Shown here: piece by piece, positions 30,046-39,044 of the stretch
Numbering within the stretch: the stretch's first letter is position 1
Layout of the letters: every line of letters starts with the position of its first letter
Source of the DNA: Candidatus Sericytochromatia bacterium
Lineage (GTDB): Bacteria; Cyanobacteriota; Sericytochromatia; S15B-MN24; JAQBPE01
Length of the DNA stretch: 64,000 nt
Assembly: GCA_035284745.1 (NCBI GenBank)
Contig: JAYKIL010000031.1
Location: forward strand, 37,201-101,200
Direction of reading: 5' to 3'
The notes under the pieces: model-generated
The model's database searches: none
What the model saw: the letters and a program-made list of their open reading frames with translations, nothing else
What the model was told of the DNA's origin: nothing
Translations under genes and position numbers: made by a program

Positions 30046-31689
30046 TTACGGAAGTCTGCTCCAGTCCAGTAGAAACAAGGGATTGAATGTCCGAGGTTCA
30101 CCCCAAGAGAACCGGGGCGCCGAGACGAAGGCCATCTCTTGCGGGCGCTCATCTGCGTCCGTTAAGACGAGCGTTAAACCGAGGACGCCCGCGAGGTGCA
30201 GGGAGTAGCGTCTTGCTTGCAGGCTCAAACGCGGGTCTGTGGTCGGCGGCGTGGATAAAAATTTGAGGGGGGGGCGTCCACCCACTGCCTCCCAGGGAAT
30301 GGCCGCCTCGAGTTGATAGCCTCTGAGTGCACCGTCGAAGGGGTCGGTGAGTGGTTTCGAGGCCACCAGTATGCCGCGCGTCCCGGATTCTGGAACCCAC
30401 GCCCAAGCCAGGCCATCCCCCTGTTTTGTCGGCGCCAGGCCAATTTGCCAATCGTCAGCGTTTCTGATGCCTTGCGCGAAGTCTGACTGCAGGTCACGAT
30501 CGAGCCACAAAGTGATGTGATCACCTTCAAAGAGGCGGTAGCCAGGCTCGGACGGTCGGAATTTATCGTCCATCACGTCAGCGCGAATGTACAGCGCTTG
30601 CGAATCCCACATGACACGGGCGGCACCACTGAAATCGTGGGTCCCTCGCCGCTGTCGGCGCCGATAACGTAGAAGCTCCAAGTCTTCCAACCAGACGGTT
30701 CCAATATGACTCAGTTCGGCGGACTCCCAATCGTCGAATGAAGCATCGATAATCGGGCTTTTAGGGGCACGGATGGCGTAAATCGGCGGCGCTGGACGAA
30801 CAGGGTGGCGTTTTCCATTCTGATCCAAGAAAGTATCGAGCGAGAATTGGCCGCTGGAATGACGGAATACAAGGCTGCCGGCAATTTCTGCCAGAAAGTG
30901 AATCCCTTTGTCTCGGGAGGTGAGTTGGCGGATATACCAGGTCGGTTTCAAGGCGACCTCGTGGTGTCTCCCTCCATCCGGCGATATCATCTCGTGCCGG
31001 GCCTCACGAGCGACCTCATAGGTGCGGTCGGGGCGAAAACGCGACATCGTCTCCTCCTCAAACACCTTTTCCCAGCCGGTAATGCCGGCTGAAAAGGCGC
31101 GCAGCACCCCCCGGCCCAAGCGCCCGCCCAAAGCGGATTCCGCACTTTGTTGTACCAAAAATCCTGCGCTATGACGTTCGAATGGCACAGCCTCAATGCG
31201 AGTGCGGGTTTCTAAGGTGTTTTCGAAGGCGTGCAGGTTTCCTTTTTCCCAGCCCCCCAGACCAGGCGCGAGGTATCTTAGTTCTCCCGAAAAGTGAGGG
31301 GACGGCGGTGCGACGACCGCAAAACCCAGCAGCACAGCACGGCCCCCTTTCTCATTTGTCGGCCCCACCCAGCTGTATCCCACCCCCCACAATTCTTCGC
31401 CCGTATGGCGGTCTCGCAATGCAGCGACGTGCTCAATTTGCCCCTTTTCTACTTTGACGGCGCCCAAACGCGTCTCAATCCAAAGGGGCTCTTCAGGGAA
31501 TTGGGGCGCAATGAGCCTGAGCAGTTTTTCCGGTTGCCAACGGGTGGCTGGTGGCGCCGGCAAAATTTCAACCTTTGGCTGTTGCAAGCGATTCCAGCCA
31601 ATCGCCGCAGCGAGGCCCAATGTCATCAGCAGAATGAAACGGAGCACCAAGCGACGCCATTTTTTGAGACGAGAAGAGTACGTTGCCAC
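30046..31689 (-). CDS. Membrane-anchored protein with C-terminal CBM9/DOMON-like sugar-binding domain
   Basis: N-terminal TM; IDASFDDW...WDSQALYI..DVMDD...GDHITLWLD...YQLEAAIPW. Confidence 0.68.
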   Translation of the reverse strand: MATYSSRLKKWRRLVLRFILLMTLGLAAAIGWNRLQQPKVEILPAPPATRWQPEKLLRLIAPQFPEEPLWIETRLGAVKVEKGQIEHVAALRDRHTGEELWGVGYSWVGPTNEKGGRAVLLGFAVVAPPSPHFSGELRYLAPGLGGWEKGNLHAFENTLETRTRIEAVPFERHSAGFLVQQSAESALGGRLGRGVLRAFSAGITGWEKVFEEETMSRFRPDRTYEVAREARHEMISPDGGRHHEVALKPTWYIRQLTSRDKGIHFLAEIAGSLVFRHSSGQFSLDTFLDQNGKRHPVRPAPPIYAIRAPKSPIIDASFDDWESAELSHIGTVWLEDLELLRYRRRQRRGTHDFSGAARVMWDSQALYIRADVMDDKFRPSEPGYRLFEGDHITLWLDRDLQSDFAQGIRNADDWQIGLAPTKQGDGLAWAWVPESGTRGILVASKPLTDPFDGALRGYQLEAAIPWEAVGGRPPLKFLSTPPTTDPRLSLQARRYSLHLAGVLGLTLVLTDADERPQEMAFVSAPRFSWGEPRTFNPLFLLDWSRLP

Positions 31690-31728
31690 GGCAGAGTGCT
31701 CAGGGCGCCAGCGGAGGACGCCCGGTGG

Positions 31729-32505
31729 TTACACGGGCATCATACCGCATCCGTCTGAGGAGAGGGCCCGGTCTGCCGCAATCCAGAGTGGCAGAATACG
31801 GCTCTGTGCGTTGATGCGCCAAAAAGGTTGTCGAGTCAGTTTGGCGTGACGAAACCAGACGGTTCTTGCGGCCGGAAGCTGCAAGTGTTGCTCCGACTGC
31901 ATCTTTTCGAAATGGTCTGCCTGAAGCCGGCAGCCATAGACCGTGGGGGATGGCCTTGAGCGGTGAACAAGGGCGAAAAAACCATACATACGGCAGGCGA
32001 GGGGACGAACGGAGTAGATACTGCAAGCCCCCCCGAGAAGAAACGGGCAGCGATAACCGTTTCTTCTCCACACATGGTCTGCAATCGGTTCAAAGTGCCA
32101 GATCGTGTGCAGGAAACGATAGGTGCCCAATCGATGCAGGTGTTCACGTTCAAAACGTGACGTGAAATTTTGCCATTGTTCGCGGGTCCAATTTTCGCGA
32201 ATGTACGCTCTTATTAAACGCCATTCCAGCAGGCTCACATCAAACACTGCGGTGGGAGAGTCGCAGCAACCGCTGCAGCCCATTCTGCAAACAGTGCCAG
32301 CATAGCTGTCTCGCACGCTTTGGGCGATGTTATCAACCACGGTGTAGAGGTCGGACTCATCTCCGCTCTCGCCGAGGTTGGTTGTCGCACCCACTGCCCG
32401 GCGAAAGAACTCCAGTGCGTCCGTCAGAGGAGACCCCGAAGGGGGAGCGCTCGTGTTAGCCGCCTGTTGGGCGGCAGCCAGTATACTTTCGAAATCGTTT
32501 GACAT
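31729..32505 (-). CDS. YkgJ-family cysteine-cluster protein
   Basis: CRMGCSGCC...CPFL...CSIYSVRPLACRMYG. Confidence 0.88.
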   Translation of the reverse strand: MSNDFESILAAAQQAANTSAPPSGSPLTDALEFFRRAVGATTNLGESGDESDLYTVVDNIAQSVRDSYAGTVCRMGCSGCCDSPTAVFDVSLLEWRLIRAYIRENWTREQWQNFTSRFEREHLHRLGTYRFLHTIWHFEPIADHVWRRNGYRCPFLLGGACSIYSVRPLACRMYGFFALVHRSRPSPTVYGCRLQADHFEKMQSEQHLQLPAARTVWFRHAKLTRQPFWRINAQSRILPLWIAADRALSSDGCGMMPV

Positions 32506-32694
32506 GTGCGACCAGGGGGCGTGCCTCAGCGGTGCGACTTGTGCCCGTCAATGGAAACATGGGATGATAAGAAATTATGCCAGATGAGGCGTGAACGCTG
32601 CTGGCAGGCGCGGTTTTCTCGCGTGAACTCCTCGGTGGTTTGCACGAGATGTTTTTTTGGATGATTCGCGCTTCTCGGAACGGTCGCTCGTACA

Positions 32695-33633
32695 ATGGAT
32701 GAAACTAGTAATCAGCGGTGGCAATGGTCATTGCGCCGCATCGACGCCCCCACCTCATGGCAACATACTCGCTCTCACCGCGATGTGATTGTTGCTGTCG
32801 TAGATACAGGGGTCGATGTTGAGCATCCGGAACTTGCGGGTCGGGTGCTCAAGGGCATCAATCTTCTCTCACCGAGGCGTCCTGCCCATGATGACAATGG
32901 TCACGGAACGGCGGTTGCTGGTCTGATTGCTGCCGCTGGCAACAATGGCCGGGGATTTTCGGGGGTCGCCCCTGAATGTCGAATTTTGCCGGTCAAGGTC
33001 AACGAGCCGGCCACGGGTGCGGTTTCTGCCGAACACATCGCGCAAGGCATTCGTTGGGCCGTCCGAGAAGGAGCCACCGTCATCAATGCAAGTGTTGGCG
33101 TGGTTCAGTGGGAACACGGTTTGACCAACGAGGCGCTTGAGGATTTGGCCGATGCGATCCGTTTCGCGCTGAAACATCACGTACCGGTTGTGTGTGCTGC
33201 TGGTCCTGCGTTGAGCCCACCTCCTTTTCCTGGCACGTGGAGTATGCTGTGGGATTTTAGAGGCTTGATCGCGGCCGGTGGGACGGACCGTCACGATCGC
33301 CGGGCTGCTTGTTCTCCGGTGGGGAACTTTATTTCGGTCACCGCTCCATCGGACGGTGTCTTAACGACCTTTCCGAGAAGTCAAGGTCGCTTGTACGGAA
33401 CCTTCGGCGGGACTTCGGCAGCGGCACCTCACGTTTCGGGCCTGGCCGCGCTTATCCTCTCGTTACGCCCGGAATTGCGTCCTTTCGAGGTGAAGGCCGT
33501 TATCCAGCAAAATGCGGATCGGCTTGGCGGCGCAGATTATCATCCGGAGTATGGTTATGGCCGCATCAACGTTGCGAAGACAATCAAGGCCGTCCTGGCG
33601 ATGCGGGGCGCAGAGCGCGCAGAGGGCGCCTAA
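32695..33633 (+). CDS. Subtilisin-like S8 serine peptidase
   Basis: Triad VDTG, HGTAVAG, GTSAAAPH; C-terminal YGYGRIN. Confidence 0.9.
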   Translation: MDETSNQRWQWSLRRIDAPTSWQHTRSHRDVIVAVVDTGVDVEHPELAGRVLKGINLLSPRRPAHDDNGHGTAVAGLIAAAGNNGRGFSGVAPECRILPVKVNEPATGAVSAEHIAQGIRWAVREGATVINASVGVVQWEHGLTNEALEDLADAIRFALKHHVPVVCAAGPALSPPPFPGTWSMLWDFRGLIAAGGTDRHDRRAACSPVGNFISVTAPSDGVLTTFPRSQGRLYGTFGGTSAAAPHVSGLAALILSLRPELRPFEVKAVIQQNADRLGGADYHPEYGYGRINVAKTIKAVLAMRGAERAEGA

Positions 33634-34445
33634 TCCCGCTTTGCGCCGGTGAGCAGGGCGCGGCACGCCGCCACGCCTGCATCCGTGGAGTTCGTGATGA
33701 AGTGCAGCGGTCCTCCCACCCAATCTCTCCCCGATGAACCGAGCAGTACGGGCAGAATGGTCTCCAGATGGGCCTGTCTTGCGCGCACGTTCAGATAGGA
33801 ATCGGCCCCTTGAGCTCCCGCCACAAAAACAAACCCTGCCCAGTTTAAGTAGTCTCTCTCTTGAAGGCCGAGGACCGTTTCCAGCAATTGAGAGACGCTC
33901 CCCCCGACAGGGGTTGGACCGTGGGCGCGCGCGACGATCGCCATCAGTCGCAGCGTAGAACTGGCCCCGGGTAACAAGGCGCCATCCAATGCTAAATCCG
34001 CGGCCGCTCGCAAATTTCCTCGGTCGGACGGAAGCTTGATCATCGCAGCAAGGCGTTTTCCCCGCTCGTTCTCTAGCAGCCAACCGTCCTGCTGTTCTTC
34101 AATGGCGAGATGCAGTTGCCATCCCAGAGCGAAGGCTTGGAGCAGGGTGGCTTTGCTGCGTGCCTCTCCCCAGAGTGCGTTAAATTCTTTTCTCTTATCC
34201 TGTCGGATGGGGTGGATATGAGGACTTCCAGACGCCTGGTCCCATCCCGGGAAGATAGCACCCCAGTAAAAGGTATCCCTGTGGGGCGCCAATCCCGGCT
34301 GGCTGGTGACCAATTGGGCGAAGGCCCGTTCGGCAGCGACCAAGTGTGTTAGTGGGCCGGCTGCGTCTGCCCGACCGGCGAGAAAAAAAACCGAAGCGGC
34401 ACCCCAAAGGGCGCCGCTCACAACGTGAATAAACCTCTTGCGCAA
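33630..34445 (-). CDS. Exported zinc-dependent phospholipase C-like protein (divergent)
   Basis: Signal peptide then GPLTH...GAIFPG...ALGWQLH pattern. Confidence 0.5.
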   Translation of the reverse strand: MRKRFIHVVSGALWGAASVFFLAGRADAAGPLTHLVAAERAFAQLVTSQPGLAPHRDTFYWGAIFPGWDQASGSPHIHPIRQDKRKEFNALWGEARSKATLLQAFALGWQLHLAIEEQQDGWLLENERGKRLAAMIKLPSDRGNLRAAADLALDGALLPGASSTLRLMAIVARAHGPTPVGGSVSQLLETVLGLQERDYLNWAGFVFVAGAQGADSYLNVRARQAHLETILPVLLGSSGRDWVGGPLHFITNSTDAGVAACRALLTGAKRD

Positions 34446-34448
34446 GGG

Positions 34449-34988
34449 CTATCGGATTCCTAGAAGCTCAACTTCGAAAATCAAGGTCGAATTGGGAGGA
34501 ATCTCACCGTTTCCGGCACCGCGTTCGCCGTACCCCAGGTCGGAGGGAATGACGAGTTTTCTTTTCTCACCCAGTTTCATGCCTGCCACGCCCTCGTCCC
34601 AGCCGCGAATCACCATTCCTTGGCCCAACTGAAACTCGAAGGGTTGGCCCCGGTCAACGGACGAGTCGAATTTTTTGCCTGACGTGAGCCACCCGGTGTA
34701 ATGGACAGAAACCGAGTCTCCGCTCTTGGCTTCCTTCGCACCCTCTTTGGCAGGTTGCAAAATGGTGTACCCGAGGCCAGACTTTGTCGTTACCTGCGCG
34801 TTCGCCGTAATGGCTTTACCGTCATCGGTTGCCGCAGGACTTTCGGGTGCTGCTGGACTGGGGGATTCTGTGGTCTTCGCCACCCCCTGCTCGGCAGGAG
34901 AGGACTCACTGCTTGGCTTCTTCTCTCCACCATCGCAGGCTGTCAAGCCCAAGGTCAGGGCTGTAATTAAGGCAATTTTACGAATCAT
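34449..34988 (-). CDS. FKBP-type peptidyl-prolyl isomerase lipoprotein
   Basis: Lipobox LTAC; [36 protein letters not shown]. Confidence 0.95.
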   Translation of the reverse strand: MIRKIALITALTLGLTACDGGEKKPSSESSPAEQGVAKTTESPSPAAPESPAATDDGKAITANAQVTTKSGLGYTILQPAKEGAKEAKSGDSVSVHYTGWLTSGKKFDSSVDRGQPFEFQLGQGMVIRGWDEGVAGMKLGEKRKLVIPSDLGYGERGAGNGEIPPNSTLIFEVELLGIR

Positions 34989-35043
34989 AGGGCAACTCCT
35001 TTGCTTGTTGCTACGACGGTTCAGTTTACCATGCACGGTCTGG

Positions 35044-36132
35044 TTAGACTGCCCACGGAAAAACGCGCTCGCAAACGGCCTCTTTCTGTCTCACCCGGTA
35101 TTCGCGGTGCGCCGCCTGGCCTTCTTGGTTCTCTTCAAAGGCAGCTTGGTCCATAATCTGAACTTCGAACGGAATAAAGGCCCGCTGAACTTCCTCACCG
35201 CGGCGTACCTTCACCAAGGCGCGCGCGGTGAATTGCATGGTCTGAAATGTGGAGGCACTGTGGGGGTTCCGGTCGTGCTCTCGCGAGGGTGGGGTATCGA
35301 TTTGATGCACGAGTCCCGTGAACTCTCGAAAGTTAATATCTCCCTGTCTGTAGGATTCATCCAGGTCATCGAATGTTTTTTGAAAGGCGTTCATGTCGAT
35401 CAACGTGTTCACAGAACGGCTGGGTTTAACGTTTGGATAGGCGAATACGTTGTTGACTCGCAAATATTTGAGCAGCAACAAAGCGTATGCTTTGTCCGGC
35501 GTCACGAAACGAACCCCCAGATGGTCGTAAATTTCTTGGGCCACGCTGTCTACCTTGTGCAAAAGCTTCAAAACGAGGCTTTCCCAAGGTTTTTCTGCCT
35601 TAAAATCGCATCGCAACAAGGGGATGATCATCTCCCCATCGGTTATCAGCATGCGGGATTGTCCAAGCTTGAGATGGGCAGAGAATCGCTCAAAGATTTG
35701 ACTCCGGGCTGCTTTGACCAATGCGGGGTCCTGCGCATACCGCGCGTGGGCCACCGCATGCCCCACCTTGAGGAACGAACAGGCCCAGTCCCGCAACGGG
35801 TGGTCAGGCGTTGACGCGAGCAAGAACAATTCAGGGAAGGTTTTCGGCAGGTCTTCGGGAAGGCCCGAGAGTGAACGCCACGGAAGGAGCACCGAGTTAA
35901 AAAAATGGGCCGTCTGCTGACTGATTTCTTCTAATTCAGACGCATCCAGGGGATCATCCGGGTCGAGACCGTAGGCCCTCAGATTGTCCAGCGCGGCCTC
36001 CCTCGTGCTCACCCGCAAACCCACCAGGTCGATGACTGAACGCCCTTCAACAATCGCTCCCAGCGTTTGCCACGGGAAACGATAGATGGGGTCGGAGATG
36101 GGGGACCCACCAATTTCGCTATGGGAAGTCAT
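35044..36132 (-). CDS. TIGR04552-like protein (RelA/SpoT-type nucleotidyltransferase fold)
   Basis: [11 protein letters not shown]....[27 protein letters not shown]...QFT.R, PFEVQI.D, H..YR.RQ. Confidence 0.78.
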   Translation of the reverse strand: MTSHSEIGGSPISDPIYRFPWQTLGAIVEGRSVIDLVGLRVSTREAALDNLRAYGLDPDDPLDASELEEISQQTAHFFNSVLLPWRSLSGLPEDLPKTFPELFLLASTPDHPLRDWACSFLKVGHAVAHARYAQDPALVKAARSQIFERFSAHLKLGQSRMLITDGEMIIPLLRCDFKAEKPWESLVLKLLHKVDSVAQEIYDHLGVRFVTPDKAYALLLLKYLRVNNVFAYPNVKPSRSVNTLIDMNAFQKTFDDLDESYRQGDINFREFTGLVHQIDTPPSREHDRNPHSASTFQTMQFTARALVKVRRGEEVQRAFIPFEVQIMDQAAFEENQEGQAAHREYRVRQKEAVCERVFPWAV

Positions 36133-36210
36133 CGGTGATTACTCAACGCCAAGGGCCGCGAACCTCAAAGCCATCTCGAATTTTCCGGGCGTCCTCTCTG
36201 TGCTCTGCAC

Positions 36211-36432
36211 TTAGATGGCTTTGAGCAATTCAACGACCTCGCCATCCTCCAAGAATCTTTGTGTCTCGTGCTTGTCAAAAATTACGCGGTCGCCCACGCG
36301 AACTTGAAAAACCCCGCCACTGCCCCGAACGAGTTGGGGGTGGACGCCAAAGGCTTTTTCTATTTCGGCAGCCACACGGGCTGCCCGAGGTTCGTAGTTT
36401 CAAACCCCGCAATATGTTATTTCGATTTGCAT
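36211..36432 (-). CDS. SelW/SelT/SelH (Rdx)-family selenoprotein, 73 aa, Sec at codon 11 (absent from the ORF track)
   Basis: Read by hand: MQIEITYCGV-U(TGA 36402-36400)-NYEPRAARVAAEIEKAFGVHPQLVRGSGGVFQVRVGDRVIFDKHETQRFLEDGEVVELLKAI-TAA; GGAG RBS; Rdx motifs YCxxU-Y, GxGGxFxV, F-K---RF. Confidence 0.9.
36365..36388 (-). promoter_or_regulatory. Bacterial SECIS element
   Basis: GGCAGCC-CGUGU-GGCUGCC hairpin (7 bp, extendable); loop starts after 21 nt downstream of the UGA, with G at loop position 2. Confidence 0.8.
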
Positions 36433-36493
36433 CAAACTCACACTCCCAAAAATTAAATTTTTTCTTTACAACGCCAAAATTCGGCTTGCCGTC

Positions 36494-36509
36494 TGTGAAT
36501 CTTCTCACA
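36494..36509. promoter_or_regulatory. CRP/FNR-family binding site
   Basis: Perfect TGTGA-N6-TCACA in the divergent intergenic region. Confidence 0.65.
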
Positions 36510-36659
36510 AATGTGACTTTGGGTAAATTCTTCGTCTCAGAAACTTGCCAAATTTGCGCAGGCTTGTTGTATGCTATGCGAGAACTTTTTTGCTGCAGTC
36601 GTTGCCGACGCATCGCTTCGCTTGCGGGACGTCACACATCAGAGGAAATACAGCGCACT

Positions 36660-37193
36660 ATGAATAAGCATGCGGGAGGTCGTCCGGCGAAGAGCGGTGC
36701 ACGGCGCGAACTGAAAACCTTCCGACTGGTTCCCGATGCCATCGATCGTTTGGACACCATTGCTGCCGAGCGAGGTGCGTCCACCAGCGATGTGTTGAAC
36801 GACTTGCTGTTAGGAGTGCGTCGGGCGGACCACGGCGACCATTCACGGGGCCCTCGTTTCAGCGTGTTGCCGGGGCAGCACGACGTGGAAAGCAGCAAAG
36901 TTGCCTCCCTTGAACGTTTCAAAGTCCTCACCGGTCGGGGGCGTCCGGGGCAAACGGAGGATTCTGCGCGTTTGGCGCACGAACTGGCTCGCCTGCGCGA
37001 TGCGTTGGGGGGTGTTTTGGGTGAGGTGGAGCATTTGATGGCCGAGCAAATTGCTGGAGATGCTCAGCCGATACGCGCTGGGAGCAAAGCGGCAGACCCT
37101 TACGCCCACGGATTTCGCGACGGGATGTTAGAGGCCTTAGAAACGGCATACGCCCTGCTGCAGGCTGAACTTTTGATAACGGAAGGATTCTAA
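36660..37193 (+). CDS. Ribbon-helix-helix (CopG-like) DNA-binding protein with coiled-coil C-terminus
   Basis: GGRPAK...KTFRL...IDRLDTIAAERGASTSDVLNDLL; GAGGA upstream; start placed at MNKH. Confidence 0.65.
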   Translation: MNKHAGGRPAKSGARRELKTFRLVPDAIDRLDTIAAERGASTSDVLNDLLLGVRRADHGDHSRGPRFSVLPGQHDVESSKVASLERFKVLTGRGRPGQTEDSARLAHELARLRDALGGVLGEVEHLMAEQIAGDAQPIRAGSKAADPYAHGFRDGMLEALETAYALLQAELLITEGF

Positions 37194-37213
37194 AACCTTC
37201 TTCCTGCTGGGCG

Positions 37214-38074
37214 TTATTGCAGCCGTTGCAGGTCCTCGCGCAACGCGCTTCTCAGCGTCTCCGCATTGACGTGGGTGGCGCCTGCCGCCCACATCGGCTT
37301 AAGCAGTTCCGTCACGCTTAATGTGTCGATAGCCATCGACTCGCACGGGGGAACTTTACGGGGCATTGCCCCATTTTTTTTCGCGCGCAAACGCGCAACC
37401 CGTTGTTCGGTTTCCCGGACGCTCATCTGTTTCGTCTGAATTTCGGCGATCACCTGTTGGCGAATGCCCGCATCCCCAATTTGCACGACTGCCTTGGCGT
37501 GCCCAGGATGAAACGCGTGATGGGGGTTTTTTTCTGAGAGGGCGAGCGCGTCTTGAACCTCAGCAGGATATCTCAGCATCCGAATTCGCTGTTCCACGTA
37601 GGTTTTGGACTTACCAATTTTTTCGCCGAGCTGGCGATGGGACCATTGGGTGTCCTCCAGAATCTGTTGTAAAACGCGGGCTTCCTCCAGGGGGCTAATG
37701 TCTTCCCTTTGAAGATTTTCTATTAACGCCACTTGCCGTGCGGTGACATCATCAACCTGCCGTATCACGACGGGTACACTGTCCAGCTCTGCCAGAAGGC
37801 TGGCACGGAAACGTCGTTCTCCGGCGATAATTTCATAGCGCCCCGGGGTTTTTGTGGGATGAGGCCGCACAATAAGCGGCTGAAGAACGCCATGCGCACG
37901 AATGCTGGCTGCAAGTTCTTGAAGTCCCTCTTGATCAATCAACGTTCGAGGTTGACCGGGGTGAGGTTCGAGGTGCGCGAGCCTCATTTGACGCGGGGCG
38001 GCGTCCAGTGAAAGATTTCGGCTCGCTTCATACAAAGCCGCAAAAGAACCTGCAGCAGGGGTCGCAGCATTCAT
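37214..38074 (-). CDS. ParB/RepB/Spo0J-family protein
   Basis: QPR, ELAASIRAHGVLQPLIVR, IAGERRFRA, ENLQRED, HTH (HRQLGEKIGKSKTYV). Confidence 0.92.
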   Translation of the reverse strand: MNAATPAAGSFAALYEASRNLSLDAAPRQMRLAHLEPHPGQPRTLIDQEGLQELAASIRAHGVLQPLIVRPHPTKTPGRYEIIAGERRFRASLLAELDSVPVVIRQVDDVTARQVALIENLQREDISPLEEARVLQQILEDTQWSHRQLGEKIGKSKTYVEQRIRMLRYPAEVQDALALSEKNPHHAFHPGHAKAVVQIGDAGIRQQVIAEIQTKQMSVRETEQRVARLRAKKNGAMPRKVPPCESMAIDTLSVTELLKPMWAAGATHVNAETLRSALREDLQRLQ

Positions 38075-38928
38075 GAGTCAATCTCCGTCAACGCTTGTTC
38101 GACGAGGGCAGGGGAAACCGAGGAAATTCCCGCGAAGGTGGCGAGAGTAAAGGCGGACAGGCAAATCTTGTTTATTTCTCGGGGAATGCCCCCGCTGGCT
38201 TCATAGATGCGCGCGATCGCCTCGGGTTCGAACATGTCAGGGGGGTACCCTGCCACTTGAAGTCGAAACCTTATCATTCCGTCCGTGTCCGCATGGTCGA
38301 GTGGTTCGAGTGTCGAGCGCGTTACAATTCGTGAACAGAGAGCACGCTTGGGTTTGAGTTTATTTCGCAACTCGTTCTGTCCAAACAAAACGATTTGAAC
38401 CAATTTGTGATCGTCTGTCTCGAAGTTCAAAAGCTGACGCAATAACTCAAACTGAGGTCCCTTCAGGAGTTGTGCCTCATCAATCAGCAGTACAACCAAG
38501 CGATTGGCTTGATAGCTCGCGGTAAAGAATTCATTGAGGCGAGCCAACGTGGCTTGTTTGCTGCGTGCAGGGGCGACCCCGAATTCTGCACAAATGGCAA
38601 GAAGCAGTTGGTGCTCGGAGGGGAACGACGGGTTGGGCAGGTAGGCGACCAGGAATTTCTCTGGGTAGTCGATGAAGTGGTGCAAAAGATGCCTTCCAAC
38701 CGTCGTCTTCCCCATTCCGATATCGCCGAAAATGACGGTGAGACCTTGCCGGTGCTCGACCAGATAAAGGCTTTTTGCGATGGCGGAGCGGTGTTGAGTG
38801 CCAACATACAAATAGCGAGGATTGGGGGTCAGGCTGAAGGGCAACTCACTGTATCCCGGTAATGCGTGACCAGCTTCAGAGGGTGCGAAAATAGCGGGAC
38901 CAAGGTGGGGGCTCAAAGCTTTGACCAC
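38071..38928 (-). CDS. ExeA/GspA-family AAA ATPase
   Basis: PFSLTPNPRYLY, GDIGMGKTT, LIDEAQ, LFGQNEL, SGGIPREIN; ATGA coupling to parB. Confidence 0.9.
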   Translation of the reverse strand: MVKALSPHLGPAIFAPSEAGHALPGYSELPFSLTPNPRYLYVGTQHRSAIAKSLYLVEHRQGLTVIFGDIGMGKTTVGRHLLHHFIDYPEKFLVAYLPNPSFPSEHQLLLAICAEFGVAPARSKQATLARLNEFFTASYQANRLVVLLIDEAQLLKGPQFELLRQLLNFETDDHKLVQIVLFGQNELRNKLKPKRALCSRIVTRSTLEPLDHADTDGMIRFRLQVAGYPPDMFEPEAIARIYEASGGIPREINKICLSAFTLATFAGISSVSPALVEQALTEIDS

Positions 38929-39044
38929 GGGGAAGTTCCTCAGCAGTACGTGACGGGGAAGGCGACCGAATAAGGGTTAACTCTTGCACTGAGGTTACCC
39001 TTTCAGGGGCAACACTTCAGGGGCTTCCGTCACACGTCCAGGGT

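Noticed and set aside
36261-36659. Long N-terminal extension of ORF 36261..37193 and ORF 36275..36613 (-)
   Set aside because: They overlap the selenoprotein gene and the regulatory region in other frames and show no motifs; the RHH protein starts plausibly at 36660
37590-37605. parS-like TGTTCCACGT inside parB
   Set aside because: The right arm does not match and the site is not palindromic
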